Shown piece after piece: positions 37,480 through 50,240 of a DNA stretch of 64,000 nucleotides (its first letter is position 1; each line of letters starts with the position of its first letter). Below the pieces are notes generated by a model. The model was not told where the DNA came from, did no database searches, and saw only the letters and a list, made by a program, of their open reading frames with translations. The position numbers and the translations under genes are program-made. The stretch comes from Heterodontus francisci. Taxonomy: Eukaryota. The stretch covers positions 4,030,001 through 4,094,000 of the forward strand of contig NC_090404.1 of the NCBI RefSeq assembly GCF_036365525.1, written 5' to 3'.

Positions 37480-38812
37480 CAAGTATCTATGTGTTTTTGC
37501 AGATTGGCAACACCGGACAGCCCGCTTCTACCTCCTTCCGAAAATTCACAAACAAGACTGTCCTGGCAGACCCATCGTTTCAGCCTCTTCCTGCCCCACT
37601 GAACTTATTTCTTTCTATCTTGACTATCTTTTCTCAACTGGTCCAGTCTCTTCCCACCTGCATCCGTGACTCTTCTGAAGCCCAACATCGTTTATGGCAA
37701 TTTCCAGTTCCCTGGCCCAAACCGCCTCCTCTTCACGATGGACGTCCAATGTTTCTGCACCTCCATCCCCCACCAGGAAGGTCTGAGGGCTCACCCCTTC
37801 TTCCTTGAACAGAGGTCTTCGTTATGCCTGCCTTTTTGTGGGATATGTCGAACATTCCTTGTTCCAGTCCAACTAAGGCCCCCTGACCCAACTCGTTTTC
37901 CGGTATATTGATGATTGAATGGGTGCCGTTTCCTGCACCCGCCCGAACTGGAAATCTTTATCAACTTTGCTTCTAATTTCCACCCTTCTCTCTCCTTTAC
38001 ATGGTCCATCTCCGACACATCCCTTCCCTTCCTTGACGTCATTGTCTCCATCTCTCGGGATTGGCTGTCTAATATAAGCCCACAGACTCCCATAAATACC
38101 TCGACCACACTTCTTCACACCCTACCTCCTGTAAGGACTTTATTCCATTATCCCAGTTTCTCGGTCTCCATCGCATCAGTTCTGATGATGCAACCTTCGG
38201 CAACAGCGCTTCTGACCCGCGACAGGGTTCCCCTTGTCCTCACTTTCCACCTCACCAGCCTCCATATCCAAAGGATCATCCTCCACCATTTCTGCCACGT
38301 CCAGCGTGATGCCAATACCAAACGCAGCTTCCCCTCCCCTCCCATGTCAGCATTCCGAAGGGATCATTCCCTCCACGACACCGTAGTTCACTCCTCCATT
38401 ACCCCCAAAGGCCGTCCCCTTCCTATGGCTCCTTCCCATGCAATCACTGGAGGTGGAATACCTGCCCCTTTACCTCCTCTCTCCTCACTATCCAAGGCCC
38501 GAAACACTCCGTTCAGGAGAAGCAGCGATTTACTTGTACTTCCTACAATGCAGTATACTGTATTCGCTGCTCGCAATGCAGTCACCTCTGCACGAGGGAG
38601 ACCAAAGGCAGATTGGGTGACCGCTTTCGGGAACACCTCTGCTCAGTCTAAAAACATGCCCCGAGCTTCTTGTCGCTTGTCATTTCATTACCCGCACCCG
38701 CTCCCACCCATACAAAGTCCCGCCGCCTCCCTTCCTCCACCCACCCCCCCCCCCCCACCCCCCAACTCTGCTCTCTTGCCGAATTCTCTGTCCTGGACTT
38801 GCAGCAGTGTTA
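37480..38812 (+). mobile_element. Penelope-like element fragment (RT + GIY-YIG), decayed
   Basis: LLFTMDVQ..TSIPHQEGL, RYIDD, LPFLDV, RVPLVLTFH, VYCIRCSQC. Confidence 0.85.
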
Positions 38813-40620
38813 CGTGTGCTGTGGATAGAGTGGAACCAGTGGATGGAGCTTACTTAGGTTTCCAGAAGGCATTTGATAAGGTGCCACAGCAAAGGTTATT
38901 GCAGAAAATAAAACCTCATGGTGTAGGGGGTAACATATTGACATGGACAGAAGATTGGTTAGCTAACAGCAACAGAGAGTATGCATAAATAGGTCAGTTT
39001 CTGAATGGCAAGATGTAACGAGTGGTGTGTCACAGGGATCTGTGCTGGGGCCTCAACTTTTTACAATTTATATAAATGACTTAGATGAAGGGACCGAAGG
39101 TGTGGTTGATAAACTTGCTGATGACACAAAAATGGCTGGAAAGTAACTTGCGAAGAGGACATAAGAAGGCTACAAAGGGATGAAGATAGGTTAAGTGAGT
39201 GGGCAAAGATCTGGAAAAGTGAGTATAATGTGGGAAAGTGTGAGATTGTCCTCTTTGGCAGGAAGAATAAAAAAGAAGCAGGTTATCTAAATGGTGAGAG
39301 ATTTCCGAGCTGTGAGATGCAGAGGGATCTGGGTGCCCTAGTGCATGAATCGCAAAAGGTTAGTATGCAGATACAGCACATAATTAGGAAAGCTAATAGA
39401 ATGTTATCATTTAATTGAATACAAAAGTAAGCAGGTTATGCTTCAGCTATAAAGGACGTTGGCGTGACCACATCTGGATTACTGTGTACAGTACTGGTTC
39501 CTCATTTAAGGAAGGATGTAAATACGTTGGAGGCAGTAGAGAGATGGTTTCCGAGACAAATACCTGGAATGGATGGGCTTTCTTACCAGGAAAGGTCCTG
39601 GGGAAAATTGATATACAGAGAGATTTGGGTGTTCAGGTCCATTGTTCCCTGAAGGTGGCAACGCAGGTCAATAGAGTGGTCAAGAAGGCATACGGCATGC
39701 TTTCCTTCATCGGACGGGGTATTGAGTACAAGAGTTGGCAAGTCATGTTACAGTTGGATAAGAGTTTGGTTCGGCCACATTTGGAATACTGCGTGCAGTT
39801 CTGGTCGCCACATTACCAAAAGGATGTGGATGCTTTGGAGAGGGTGCAGAGGAGGTTCACCAGGATGTTGCCTGGTATGGAGGGCGCTAGCTATGAAGAG
39901 AGGTTGAGTAGATTGGGATTATTTTCATTAGAAAGACGGAGGTTGAGGGGGGACCTGATTGAGGTGGACAAAATCATGAGAGGTATAGACAGGGTGGATA
40001 GCAAGAAGCTTTTTCCCAGAGTGGGGGATTCAATTACTAGGGGTCGCGAGTTCAAAGTGAGAGGGGAAAAGTTTAAGGGGGATATGCGTGGAAAGTTCTT
40101 TACGCAGAGGGTGGTGGGTGCCTGGAATGGGTTGCCAGCGGAGGTGGTAGACGCGGGCACAATAGCATCATTTAAGATGTATCTAGACAGATACATGAAT
40201 GGGCAGGAAGCAAAGAGATACAGACCCTTAGAAAATATTCGACATGTTTAGATAGAGGATCTGGATCGGCGCAGGCTTGGAGGGCCGAAGGGCCTGTTCC
40301 CATGCTGTAATTTTCTTTGTTCTTTGTTCTTTGAAAGATAGGATAAGGTCGGCTTGCATCCGCTGGAATTTAGAGGAGTAAGAGGCGACTTGATTGAAAC
40401 ATATAATATCTTGAGGGGGCTTGACAGGGTGGATGTGGAAAGGATGCTTCCCCTAGTGGGAGAATCTCGAACTGTCACTGTTTAAAATTAAGGTGTCGCC
40501 CATTTAAGACCGAGATGAGGAGAATATTTTTCTCTCAGAGGGTCGGCAGTCTTTGGATTCCTCTTCCTCAAAAGGCAGTGGAAGCAGAGTCTTTGAATAT
40601 TATTAAGGCAGAGTTAGATA
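38813..40620 (+). mobile_element. Decayed CR1 containing a younger 5'-truncated CR1 (39595-40332) with GAAAG TSD
   Basis: GAAAG at 39590-39594 and 40333-40337; insert ends in (TTCTTTG)n; host resumes in register. Confidence 0.85.
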
Positions 40621-40901
40621 TTTTATTTCTTTTCGTTTTTTAACCATGTGTCTGCCCACTTTTTGTTCGTGTTTGTGCTTTTGGCTTGGGCTGTTCATTA
40701 TTCTGTCATTTAACATCCTCTCTGCACTAATGCTTCGTCCTTCACCACAAGATTGGCACTCTCTTTGCCTTTGCCTTTGCCCCATGACCTCCTTGTCTGT
40801 TAATCGCTGACCATCTGTCCTATCAACACTTTCCCTTTTGTTCCCTTTACCCCCAACCCCGCTTTATTTGTATCTAAGCTATTACATTTCTAAACTTTGC
40901 C

Positions 40902-40938
40902 AATTCTGATGAATTGTCTGTGACATGAAACGTTAACT
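40902..40938 (+). ncRNA. Minimal type I hammerhead ribozyme motif in a Penelope-like 3' UTR
   Basis: CTGATGA-[ATTGTC TGT GACAT]-GAAA-CGTT-AACT; palindromic ACGT stem III. Confidence 0.6.
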
Positions 40939-41177
40939 CTGCTTCTCTCTCCACAGATGCTGAGTGTTTCCATCACGTTTTATTTTTATGAATGTTTTTG
41001 TGTCCAGCTGTTACTGACCCTCCCTCACACGGGCAACAGTTTCTCGTTATTCACTCTATCAAAATCCATTTTTTTTCAAATGTCACTCAGTGATCTTTTA
41101 TTCTTTAAATTTTATCCTGCTTTTGTTGGGATTTACTATTCACACATTCTCTAAATGTTTCTCTCTCTATCCTGCAG

Positions 41178-41483
41178 AGAGCGGCCTTGAAGGCATCACT
41201 CATCAACCAAAAGAAAATGTGACAGCTCGGGGAGGAGTGATCTCCACCATGACCAGCTCCTATACTGAGGTGACGAGAGTTTGCCTGGACTGGTACCGGG
41301 ATGGTCTCTCCGTGGATCCGGAGAAATTCTCATCCACTGCACCGACGGGTTCATTGACAATTCGTCTTTTGCAACTCGGCGCTTCACCACATCTTTGGTC
41401 AAAAAATACACAGCCATCAGTGAAACAGTTTCACAGGTGGCAGCTGCCGATACCAGGAAATACTTCTGAGTCTTAACACCGCA
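41178..41483 (+). pseudogene. TCR V-delta/alpha-like pseudogene V4
   Basis: Acceptor cctgcag at 41177; EGITHQPKENVTARGGVISTMTSSYTEVTRVCLDWYR, frameshift, LIHCTDG...RFTTSL...VSQVAAADTRKYF*(TGA for Cys)VLTP. Confidence 0.8.
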
Positions 41484-41522
41484 CACAGCCGTGTAGGTTG
41501 GGAAAGAGCCTGTACATAAACT
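41484..41522 (+). other. 23-RSS of V4
   Basis: CACAGCC + 23 nt + ACATAAACT. Confidence 0.8.
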
Positions 41523-42304
41523 GAAGATGTAATGACAAGAATACTGTGTCAGTGAACTCGCGGTATCATTGTCTTTCATGATCGCTACTGAGTGCAATGG
41601 TCCAATGGAGAAGCGTAACAATTCTTTCATCCATTTTTCCCTCAGTGTATCATAAACGGACAGATTGACAATTTTATCGAACATTGTGCACCCAAAGGAT
41701 TTTATTTTTGTTGACCACAAATTACCGATATCTCAAACACTTGGACTCCCAAATTCCTTCATTCCTCCGCAAGAGTCAGCGTCAGAATCAATGACACCAT
41801 TTCTGGCACAGAATTCCACATTCATACTTCTTACTTTGTGATAGACTTCCTTTTATTGAAAAGTCAATCTTCTGCTGTTTGAAAGCTCACACTATTGGCT
41901 ATCTTTATTGTCGCTGTTTCCACAGGGAAAAGCAGAGCTTCTTCTTTGCTTTGCATTGTTACAGTCCATTTTACCAGATTGTGTTGATGAGCGGTCACCT
42001 CCTCCTGGGAATGCCCCGCCCACCCACCCCCAACACCTTGGATTCAGTCTCCAATCCTCTCAGTGATCCTCTCCGCTCAAGAGGACACCTGTCGGGACCC
42101 AGGAACCTCCCGGCAGAAAGGAGGTTCTGTTTGGAATGACTCCGTGATTGACTGGGCAGAGGAGGGCTGAGGCTCCCACAATTCACAGCAGCTATCAAAC
42201 GCCTGGGATGTCGCTGACAGTGACGTTTCAGTCAATGATATTGCATTTGCGAATGTGTGGGTCGTGAGCCATCTGACATCAGCAAACAAGACCTTCAAGT
42301 TTTT

Positions 42305-43230
42305 GAAAGCAAGAAATGCTGGAAATACTCAGTAGGTCTGGCAGCATCTGTGGAGAAGAAGCAGAGTTAATGTTCACTGGAACGGACAGAGATGTGAGCT
42401 TGAGAGTGGGGGGACTGTTGAAACCGCAAGCAACCGGAAGCTCGGGGTCATGCTTTCAGGCTTGGCGGAGGTGTTCCACAACGCGGTCACCCAGTTTGCG
42501 TTTGGTCTCCCCAATGGAGAGGAGACCATATTGTGAGCAGCGAATACAGTATACTACAGTGAAAGAAGTATGAGTAAATCGTTGGTTCACCTGAAATGAG
42601 TGTTTGGGGCATTGGATAGTGAGGAAAGAGGAGGTAAAGGGGCAGGTATTACACCTTCTGCGATTGCAGGGGAAGGTGCCTTGGGAAGGGGACGAGGTGG
42701 AGTGGGTAATGGAGGAGTGGACCAGGGTGTCGCGGAGGGAATGATCCCTTCAGAATGCAGACATGGGAAGGGAGGGGAAGATGCATTTGGTATTGGCATC
42801 ACGCTGGACGTGGCGTAAATGGCGCTGGATGATCCCTTTGAATATGGAGACTGATGGGGTAGAAACTGAGGACAAGTGGAACCCTGTCGCGGTTCTGAGA
42901 GGGGGGAAGGAGTGAGGGTAGGGGTGCGGGAAATGGGCCGGACATGGTTGAGGGTCCTGTCAACCAGAGAAGGGGGAATTCCTTGGTTGAGGAAAAGGGG
43001 AAGTCATATCAGAAGCGCTGTCATGGAAGGTAGCATCATCAGAGCAGATCCATCGGAGACAGAGAAACTGGGAGATTGGAATGGAGTCCTTACAGGAGGC
43101 TGGGTGTGATAAAGTGTAGTCAAGGTGGCTGTGGGAGTCGGTGGGCTTATAATGGATATTAGCAGATAGCCTATCCCCAAAGATGGAAACAGAGAAGTCG
43201 AGGAAGGGAAGGGCAGTGTCGGAGATGGAC
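42305..43230 (-). mobile_element. Penelope-like element fragment
   Basis: Minus ORF LPFLDFSVSIFGDRLSANIHYKPTDSHSHLDY..SHPASCKDSIPISQFL. Confidence 0.85.
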
Positions 43231-43984
43231 GGTTTCCCATGATATTTCCTGAATCTGTAACTCTGCAATGCAGGAGCATCTCTGACGGAGCAGAAATACA
43301 AATCCCACTCCCCCAACACTGCTGATCCAACCAATGACAAGAATGGACCCGCGGCAGCACTCCCTCCAATAACACAATCGGTTCAGAGCAAGAGCAGCAA
43401 ACGGAAGTTGTGGGCGAGGATGCCGCAGACTCAAAATTTGAGTGAAGTGTGAGGCGACACTCTGCTGCACTCGGAACTGATTGAGCGGGAATAGTGTCTG
43501 TTGAATCTCCAGAATTCTGTGGCTATTCTCCACCTGCTTACTGTTCAGTTGACTGGGAAATTTAGAGTGGAAGGAGAATGAAGGTACCAGAATAATAGAA
43601 TCTGAGAGCACAGAGTGAGGCCATTCGGCCTATACTCCCTATGCCTCTTTGGAAGAGTTCACTAATTCATACCTCACCCCCTACATTTTTCGCATTGTCC
43701 TGTTTTGTTGTTCATTTTCAAGTATATATAGAAATCCCTTTCGGAAATTACTGTTCAATCTGCTTCCACCACCCTTTCAAGCAGTACATTCCAAATCTTA
43801 ACAAATCACCGTGTATTAAATATAACTCAATTTTCCCTGTCATTTTTCTGCAACTCTTTTAATTTGGAGTCCTTGGGATACACAATTTTATGCCAGTGGA
43901 AACAGTTACGTGCAATCTACTCTATACTGATATATGGAGAACAATCCCAGCTTTCTCTCGTCCCTCTGCATAAACGTTCATCAT

Positions 43985-45100
43985 TTTACTTATTCTTTAA
44001 TCGGAGGTGGGCATCTCTGGTGAGGTCAGTATTTAATACCTGTCTCTACTTGCCTTTGATAAGGTGGTGGTGAGCTGCCTTCTTGAACTACCGCAGTCCT
44101 GGGGGTGCAGGTTCACCCACAGTGCTATTAGGAAGGCAGCTCCAGGATTTTGACCCAGCAACAGTGAAGGAACGGCGCTTTCGTTTCAAGTCAGGATGGT
44201 GTGTGGTTTGGAGGGGAACTTGCAGCTGCTGGCATTCCTAAGTTTCTACCGTCCTTGTCCTTCTAGGTGTTAGAGATCACGGGAATGGAAGGTACTGTCC
44301 AAGGCGTCTTGGTGCGTTGCTGCAGTGCATCTTGTAGATGGTACACACTGCTGCTACTGTGTATGGGTGGTGGAGTGAGTGAATGCTGAAGGTTGTGGAT
44401 GTGGTGCCGATCAAGCGGGCTGCATTCTCCTGGATGGTGTCGAGCTTCCTGTCTGTTGTTGGAGCTGCACGCATACAGGCAAATGGAGGGTATTCCATCA
44501 CACTCCAGACTTATGCATGTAGGTGGAGGACAGGCTTTGTGGAGACAGTAAGTTAGTCACTCGCTGCAGAATTCCTCGCCTCTGACCTGCTCTAGTAGCC
44601 ATAGTACTTTTATGGCTGGTCCAATTCAGTTTCTGGTCAATGATAACCTGCAGAATTAGGTCCGTGGGGGGTTCAGCAATGGCAATGGTATTGTACATCA
44701 AGGGAAGATGGTTCGATTCTCTTTTGTTTGAGATGGTCATTGCCTGGCTCCTGCGTTGTGTGAAGTTTACCTGCCACTTATCAGCCCAAGCCTGGATGTT
44801 GTCCAGATCTTGCTGCATCTGGATACGGACTGCCGCGAATGGTGCTGAACATTGTGCAATCCTCAGCGAATATACCAATTCTGACCTTATTATTGAAGGA
44901 AGGTCATCGACGAAGCAGCTGAGGATGGTCTTTCCTAGGACACTACCCTGAGGAACTCATGCAGTGATGTCCTGGGACTGAGATGATTGACCTCCAACAA
45001 CCACAACCATCTTCATTTGTCCAGGTATGACTCCAACCAGCGGAAATGTTCCCCCTTGATTCTCATGGGCACCCGTTTTGCTCAGGCTCCTTGATGCTCT
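43985..45100 (-). mobile_element. CR1/L2-clade non-LTR RT 3' fragment
   Basis: Minus ORF MQQDLDNIQAWADKWQVNF...IDQKLNWTSH; same family as 19800-20350. Confidence 0.8.
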
Positions 45101-48100
45101 ACTCCTGCTACCATTTTGGTTTACTTCCTCTGCACTCGCACCAATGTCTTGAGATTCTTTTTCAATAGTGGGGACAGCTGTTAAGCTAACAGGCATATAA
45201 TTTCCTGCTGTCTGTCACACCCCTTTTTGCGAGTTTTCAATCCTCTCGGAGGTTTCCAGAATCTAGGGTATTTTGGGAGATTGCAACCAATACATCCACT
45301 ATCTCTACAGCGACTTCTTTTAAAGGGAGATGGAGTGGAGCAATGTGAGGGGATCCCTCGGCTGGTGTTCAGTGAGTTCAGGAAGATGGTATCAGAGGGA
45401 ATGGAGCATGGAGAGAAGATTCCTGGGGTGATCTTCGGTGAGTTCAAGGAGATGGTGTAAGAGGGAATAGAGCAGAACAAAGAGGAAGTTCAACTGAGGC
45501 GGGGGGGGGGGGGGGGTGGAGGCAGGGGGGTGCGGAGGGCAAATAACGAGGTATAGTAGAAATGATGGAGGCAGTGATTCAACATGTGCATAACAGAAAA
45601 GTGGACACTGTGTGTGTATCTGACAGAACAGGTGGACAGTGTGGTTTGTGTATATAACAGTAAATTTGAAGTTAGAGTCTATGTGTCAGATAGACCTCAG
45701 AATCCGGGGCTCATTCCTACCGTTTGTCCTCCCTCTTGTGTCTACCAGACTCTGGGAGTCATCCCAGCAATTGAATTGATTCAAATTCATTGAAACCCTA
45801 ATTAACTATTTAATTAATAAATAGAGGAGCAACTAATCCGGAGGGAGGAGATTACTGCATTTAATATTTATAGTAGAAAGCTAGCGCTAGGGACCATATA
45901 GTTAATTGTAACTTTATTTAGTAAGGATTTAATAAGTATTTCTTTTAAATTAATGTATTAATTAGTGCTAGAAATGTCTGTTAGAGGGGTAAAGTGCTTC
46001 ACCTGTGAGATGTGGGAGGTCCATGACACTTCCAGCATTGCGGACAACGTCATCTGCAAGAAGTGTACCCAATTGCAGCTCGTCACAGACCGCATGTATC
46101 GGTTGGAGCAGCAATTGGATGCGCTTAGGAGCATGCAGGTGGTGGAAAGCATCATAGACAGGAGTTTTAGAGATGTGGGTACACCCAAGGTGCAGGCAGA
46201 TGGATGGGTGACCGCTAGAAGGGGCAGGCAGTTAGTGCAGGAATCCCCTGTGGCTGTCCACCTCTCTAACAAGTATACCGTTTTGGATACTGTTGGGAGG
46301 GATGGCCTATCAGGGGAAAACAACAGCAGCAGCCACAGCAGTGGCACCACGGCTGGTTCTGTTGTTCAACAGGGAGAGACAAAGCGCAGAAGAGCATTAG
46401 TTCTTGGGTACTCTATAGTCAGGGGCACAGATAGGCGCTTCTGAGGTCGTGAAAGAGACTCTAGGATCGGATACTGCCTTCCTGGTGCCAGGTTCAATGA
46501 TGTCTCTGAATGGGCAGGGGGCATTCTGAAGGGGAAGGTGAACAGCCAGAGTTTGTGGTACACACTGGTACCAACGACATAGGCAGGAAGAGTGACAGGG
46601 TTCTGCAGGAGGAATAACTTAGGTTGTAAGTTAAAAAACAGGACCTCTCGGGTTGTAATTTCGGGATTACTCTCTGTGCCACGTGCCAGTGAGGCGAGAA
46701 ATAAGAAGATAGTGCAGCTGAACACGTGGCTAAACAGCTGGTGCTGGAGGGAGGGTATCAGATATCTGGATCATTGGGATCTCTTCCGGGGCAGGTGGGA
46801 CCTGTACAAGAAGGACGGGTTGCATCTAAACTGGAGGGGCACAAATGTCCTGGCCGCAACTTTTGCTCACGTCACTCGGGAGGGTTTAAACTCGTGTGGC
46901 AGGGGGGAGGGAACAAGAGCAGTTGGTCAGCAGGTGAAGCAACTGAGGGGGAACTAGTAAATAAGGCCAGTAAGACTGAGAGGAAGAGCAGGCAGGGAGA
47001 TGTTGCTGAGCACAGCGGGACTGGTGGTCTGAAGTGCATTTGTTTCAGTGCGAGAAGTATAACAGGTAAGGCAGATGAAATTAGAGCTTGGATTAGTACT
47101 TGATGTTGTTGCTATTACAGAGATTTGGTTGAGGGAAGGGCAGGATTGCCAACTAAATGTTCCAGGATTTAGAAGCTTCAGGCGGGATAGAGGGGGGTGC
47201 AAAAGGGGTGGGGGAGTTACATTACTGGTTAAGGAGAATATCACAGCTGTACTGCGGGAGGATACCTCGGAAATCTCATGCAGCGAGGCATTATGCAGAG
47301 CTCAGGAATAGGACGGGTGCAGTCACAATGTTGGGGGTTTACTGCAGGCCTCCCAACAGCCAGCGGGAGAGAGAGAGAAGCATATATGTAGATAGATTTT
47401 GGAAAGATGTAAAAGCAACAGGTTTGTTGTGGTCGGTAATTTAAACTTCCCCTATATTGACTGGGACTCAATTAGTGTTAGGGGCTTGGATGGGGCAGAA
47501 TTTGGAAGGAGCATCCAGGAGGGCTTCTTGAAACAATGTGTAGATTGTCCAACTAGGGAAGGGGCCGTACTATACCTGGTATTGGGGAATGAGCCCAGCC
47601 AGGTTGTCGAAGTTTCTGTAAGGGAGCATTTCCGGAACGGTAGCCATAATTCCGTAAGTTTTAAGGTTCTTGTGGATAAGGATAAGAGTAGTCCTCCGGT
47701 GAAGGTGCTAAATTGGAGGAAGGCTAATTATAACAATATTAGGCAGGAACTGAAGAATTTAGATTGGGGGCGGCTGTTTGAGGGTCAATCAACATCTGAC
47801 ATGTGGGAGTCTTTCAAACGTCAGTTGATTAGAATCCAGGACCGGCATGTTCCTGTGAGGATGAAAGATAACTTTGGCAAGTTTTGGGTACCTTGGATAA
47901 CGAGGGATATTGTGAGCCTAGTGAAAAAGTAAAAGGAAGCATTCGTAAGGGCGAGAAGGCTGGGAACATACGAAGCCCTTGAGGAATATAACGAAAGTAG
48001 AAAGCAACTTAAGCAAGGAGTCAGGAGGGTTAAAAGCGGTCATGAAAAGTCTTTGACAAACAGGATTAAGGAGAATCCCACGGCTTTATATACGTATATA

Positions 48101-50240
48101 AAGAACAAGAGGGTAGCAAGGGTAAGGGTTGGCCCACTCAAGGACAGAGGAGGAAATCTATGCGTGGAGCCTGAGGAAGTGTGCGAGGTACTAAATGAGT
48201 ACTTTGTATCAGTATTCACCCAAGAGAAGGACTTGGTGGATGATGAGGCCGGGGAAGGGAGTGTAGATAGTCTGGGTCATGTCGATATCAAAAAGGAGGA
48301 GCTGTTGGGTGTCTTGAAAAACATTAAGATCGAGATGTCCCCAGGGCGTGATGGGATCTACTACCCCAGAATACTGAGGGAGGCAAGGGAGGAAATTGCT
48401 GGAGCCTTGACTGAAGTCTTTGTATCCTCATTGGCGACAGGTGAGATCCCAGAGGAGAGGAAAATAGCCAATGTTGTTCCTTTGTTTAAGAAGGGTGGTA
48501 AGGATAATCCAGGAAATTAGAGGCCGGTGAGCCTTCCGTCAGTGGTAGGGAAATTATAAGAGAGGATTCTTCGGGACAGAATTTATTCCCATTTGGAAAC
48601 AAATGGACTTATTAGCAAGAGGCAGCTTGGTTTTGTGAAAGAGAGGTCGTGTCTCACTAACTTGATCGTGTTGTTTGAGGAAGTGACGAAGATGATTGAT
48701 GAAGGAAGGGCAGTGGAAGTTGTCTACATGGACTTAAGTAAAGCCTTTGACAAGGTCCTTCATGGCAGATTGGTACAAAAGGTGAAGTTACACGGGATCA
48801 GAGGTGAGCTGGCAAGATGGATGCAGAACTGGCTCGGTCAAAGAAGTCAGAGGGTAGCAGTGGAAGGGTGCTTTTCTGAATGGAGGACTGTGACTAATGG
48901 TGTTTTGCAGGGATCAGCGCTGGGACCTTTGCTGTTTGCAGTATATGTAAATGATTTGGAGGAAAATGTAGCAGGTCTGATTAGTAAGTTTGCGGATGAC
49001 ACAAAGGTTGGTGGAGTTGAGAATAGTGATGAGGATTGTCAGAGGATGCAGCAGGATATAGATCGGTTGGAGACATAGGCAGAGAAATGGCAGTTGGAGT
49101 TTAATCCGGACAAATGTGAGGTAATGCATTTTGGAAGGTCTAATACAAGTGGGAAGTATACAGTAATGGCAGAACCCTTAGGAGTATTGACAGGCAGAGA
49201 GATCTGGGCGTACAGGTCCAAAGATCACTGAAAGTGGCAAAGCAGGTGGATAAGGTAGTCAAGAAGGCATATGGCATGCTTGCCTTCATCGGTTGGGGCA
49301 TAGAGTATAAAAATTGGCAAGTCATGCTGCAGCTGTACAGAACCTTAGTTAGGCCACACTTGGAATATTGCATACAATTCTGGTCGCCATACCACCAGAA
49401 GCATATGGAGGCTTTGGAGAGGGTACAGAAGAGGTTTACCAGGATGTGGCCTGGTCAGGAGGGTATTAGCTGCCAGGAGAGGTTGGATAAACTCGAATTG
49501 CTTTCACTGGAACGACAAGGTGGAGGGGTGACATGATAGAGGTTTACAAAGTTATGTGTTGCATGGGCAGAGTGCTTAGTCGGAAGGTTTTTCCCAGGGT
49601 GGAAGAGTCAGTTACTAGACGACATAGGTTTAAGGTGCGAGGGGCAAAGTTTAAAGGGGATGTTTCCCGGCGGAGCAGCAGGAGAAGGTAGCGACTCTTC
49701 GGTGGGTGAGTGAAGGCATCAGGAGCTGTGTTTTAAAAGTAAGTACTTACTGTTTTACTTACTGTTTTCCTTGTCTTTGAGTTTCTTTTGGCGCCGGAGG
49801 AACCGGAAGCTGGTCGGCAGCGAGGACTCCTGGGTAGGTATTTTCCTTAAAGGTGCGGAGCTCCGTGGACTCGGCCTCATTTCCCGGCGGAGCAGCAGGA
49901 GAAGGTAGCGACTCTTCGGTGGGTGAGTGAAGGCATCAGGAGCTGTGTTTTAAAAGTAAGTACTTACTGTTTTACTTACTGTTTTCCTTGTCTTTGAGTT
50001 TCTTTTGGCGCTGGTCGGCAGCGAGGACTCCTGGGTAGGTATTTTCCTCAAAGGTGCGGAGCTGAGTAAACCCGAGCCACTACACATGTAGTGTCTCCCA
50101 CCCATCCTCCTCCTCTAACCTAATAATAAGACCCTTTTTACCCTCCTCCTCTAACCAAAAAGGACTGAACAGGTAAGCTATTTACTGTTTTTGTTAATAT
50201 CTATAGTTGTACTTAACTAAGGGGTAATTGAATAAAAGAA

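Noticed and set aside
37915-38988. 357-aa ORF as a host gene
   Set aside because: Chimeric read-through of frameshifted Penelope and CR1 fragments
43255-43330. LGEWDLYFCSVRD on the minus strand as a V-segment end
   Set aside because: No CAC heptamer follows, and the homologous copy at about 23800 does not preserve the peptide
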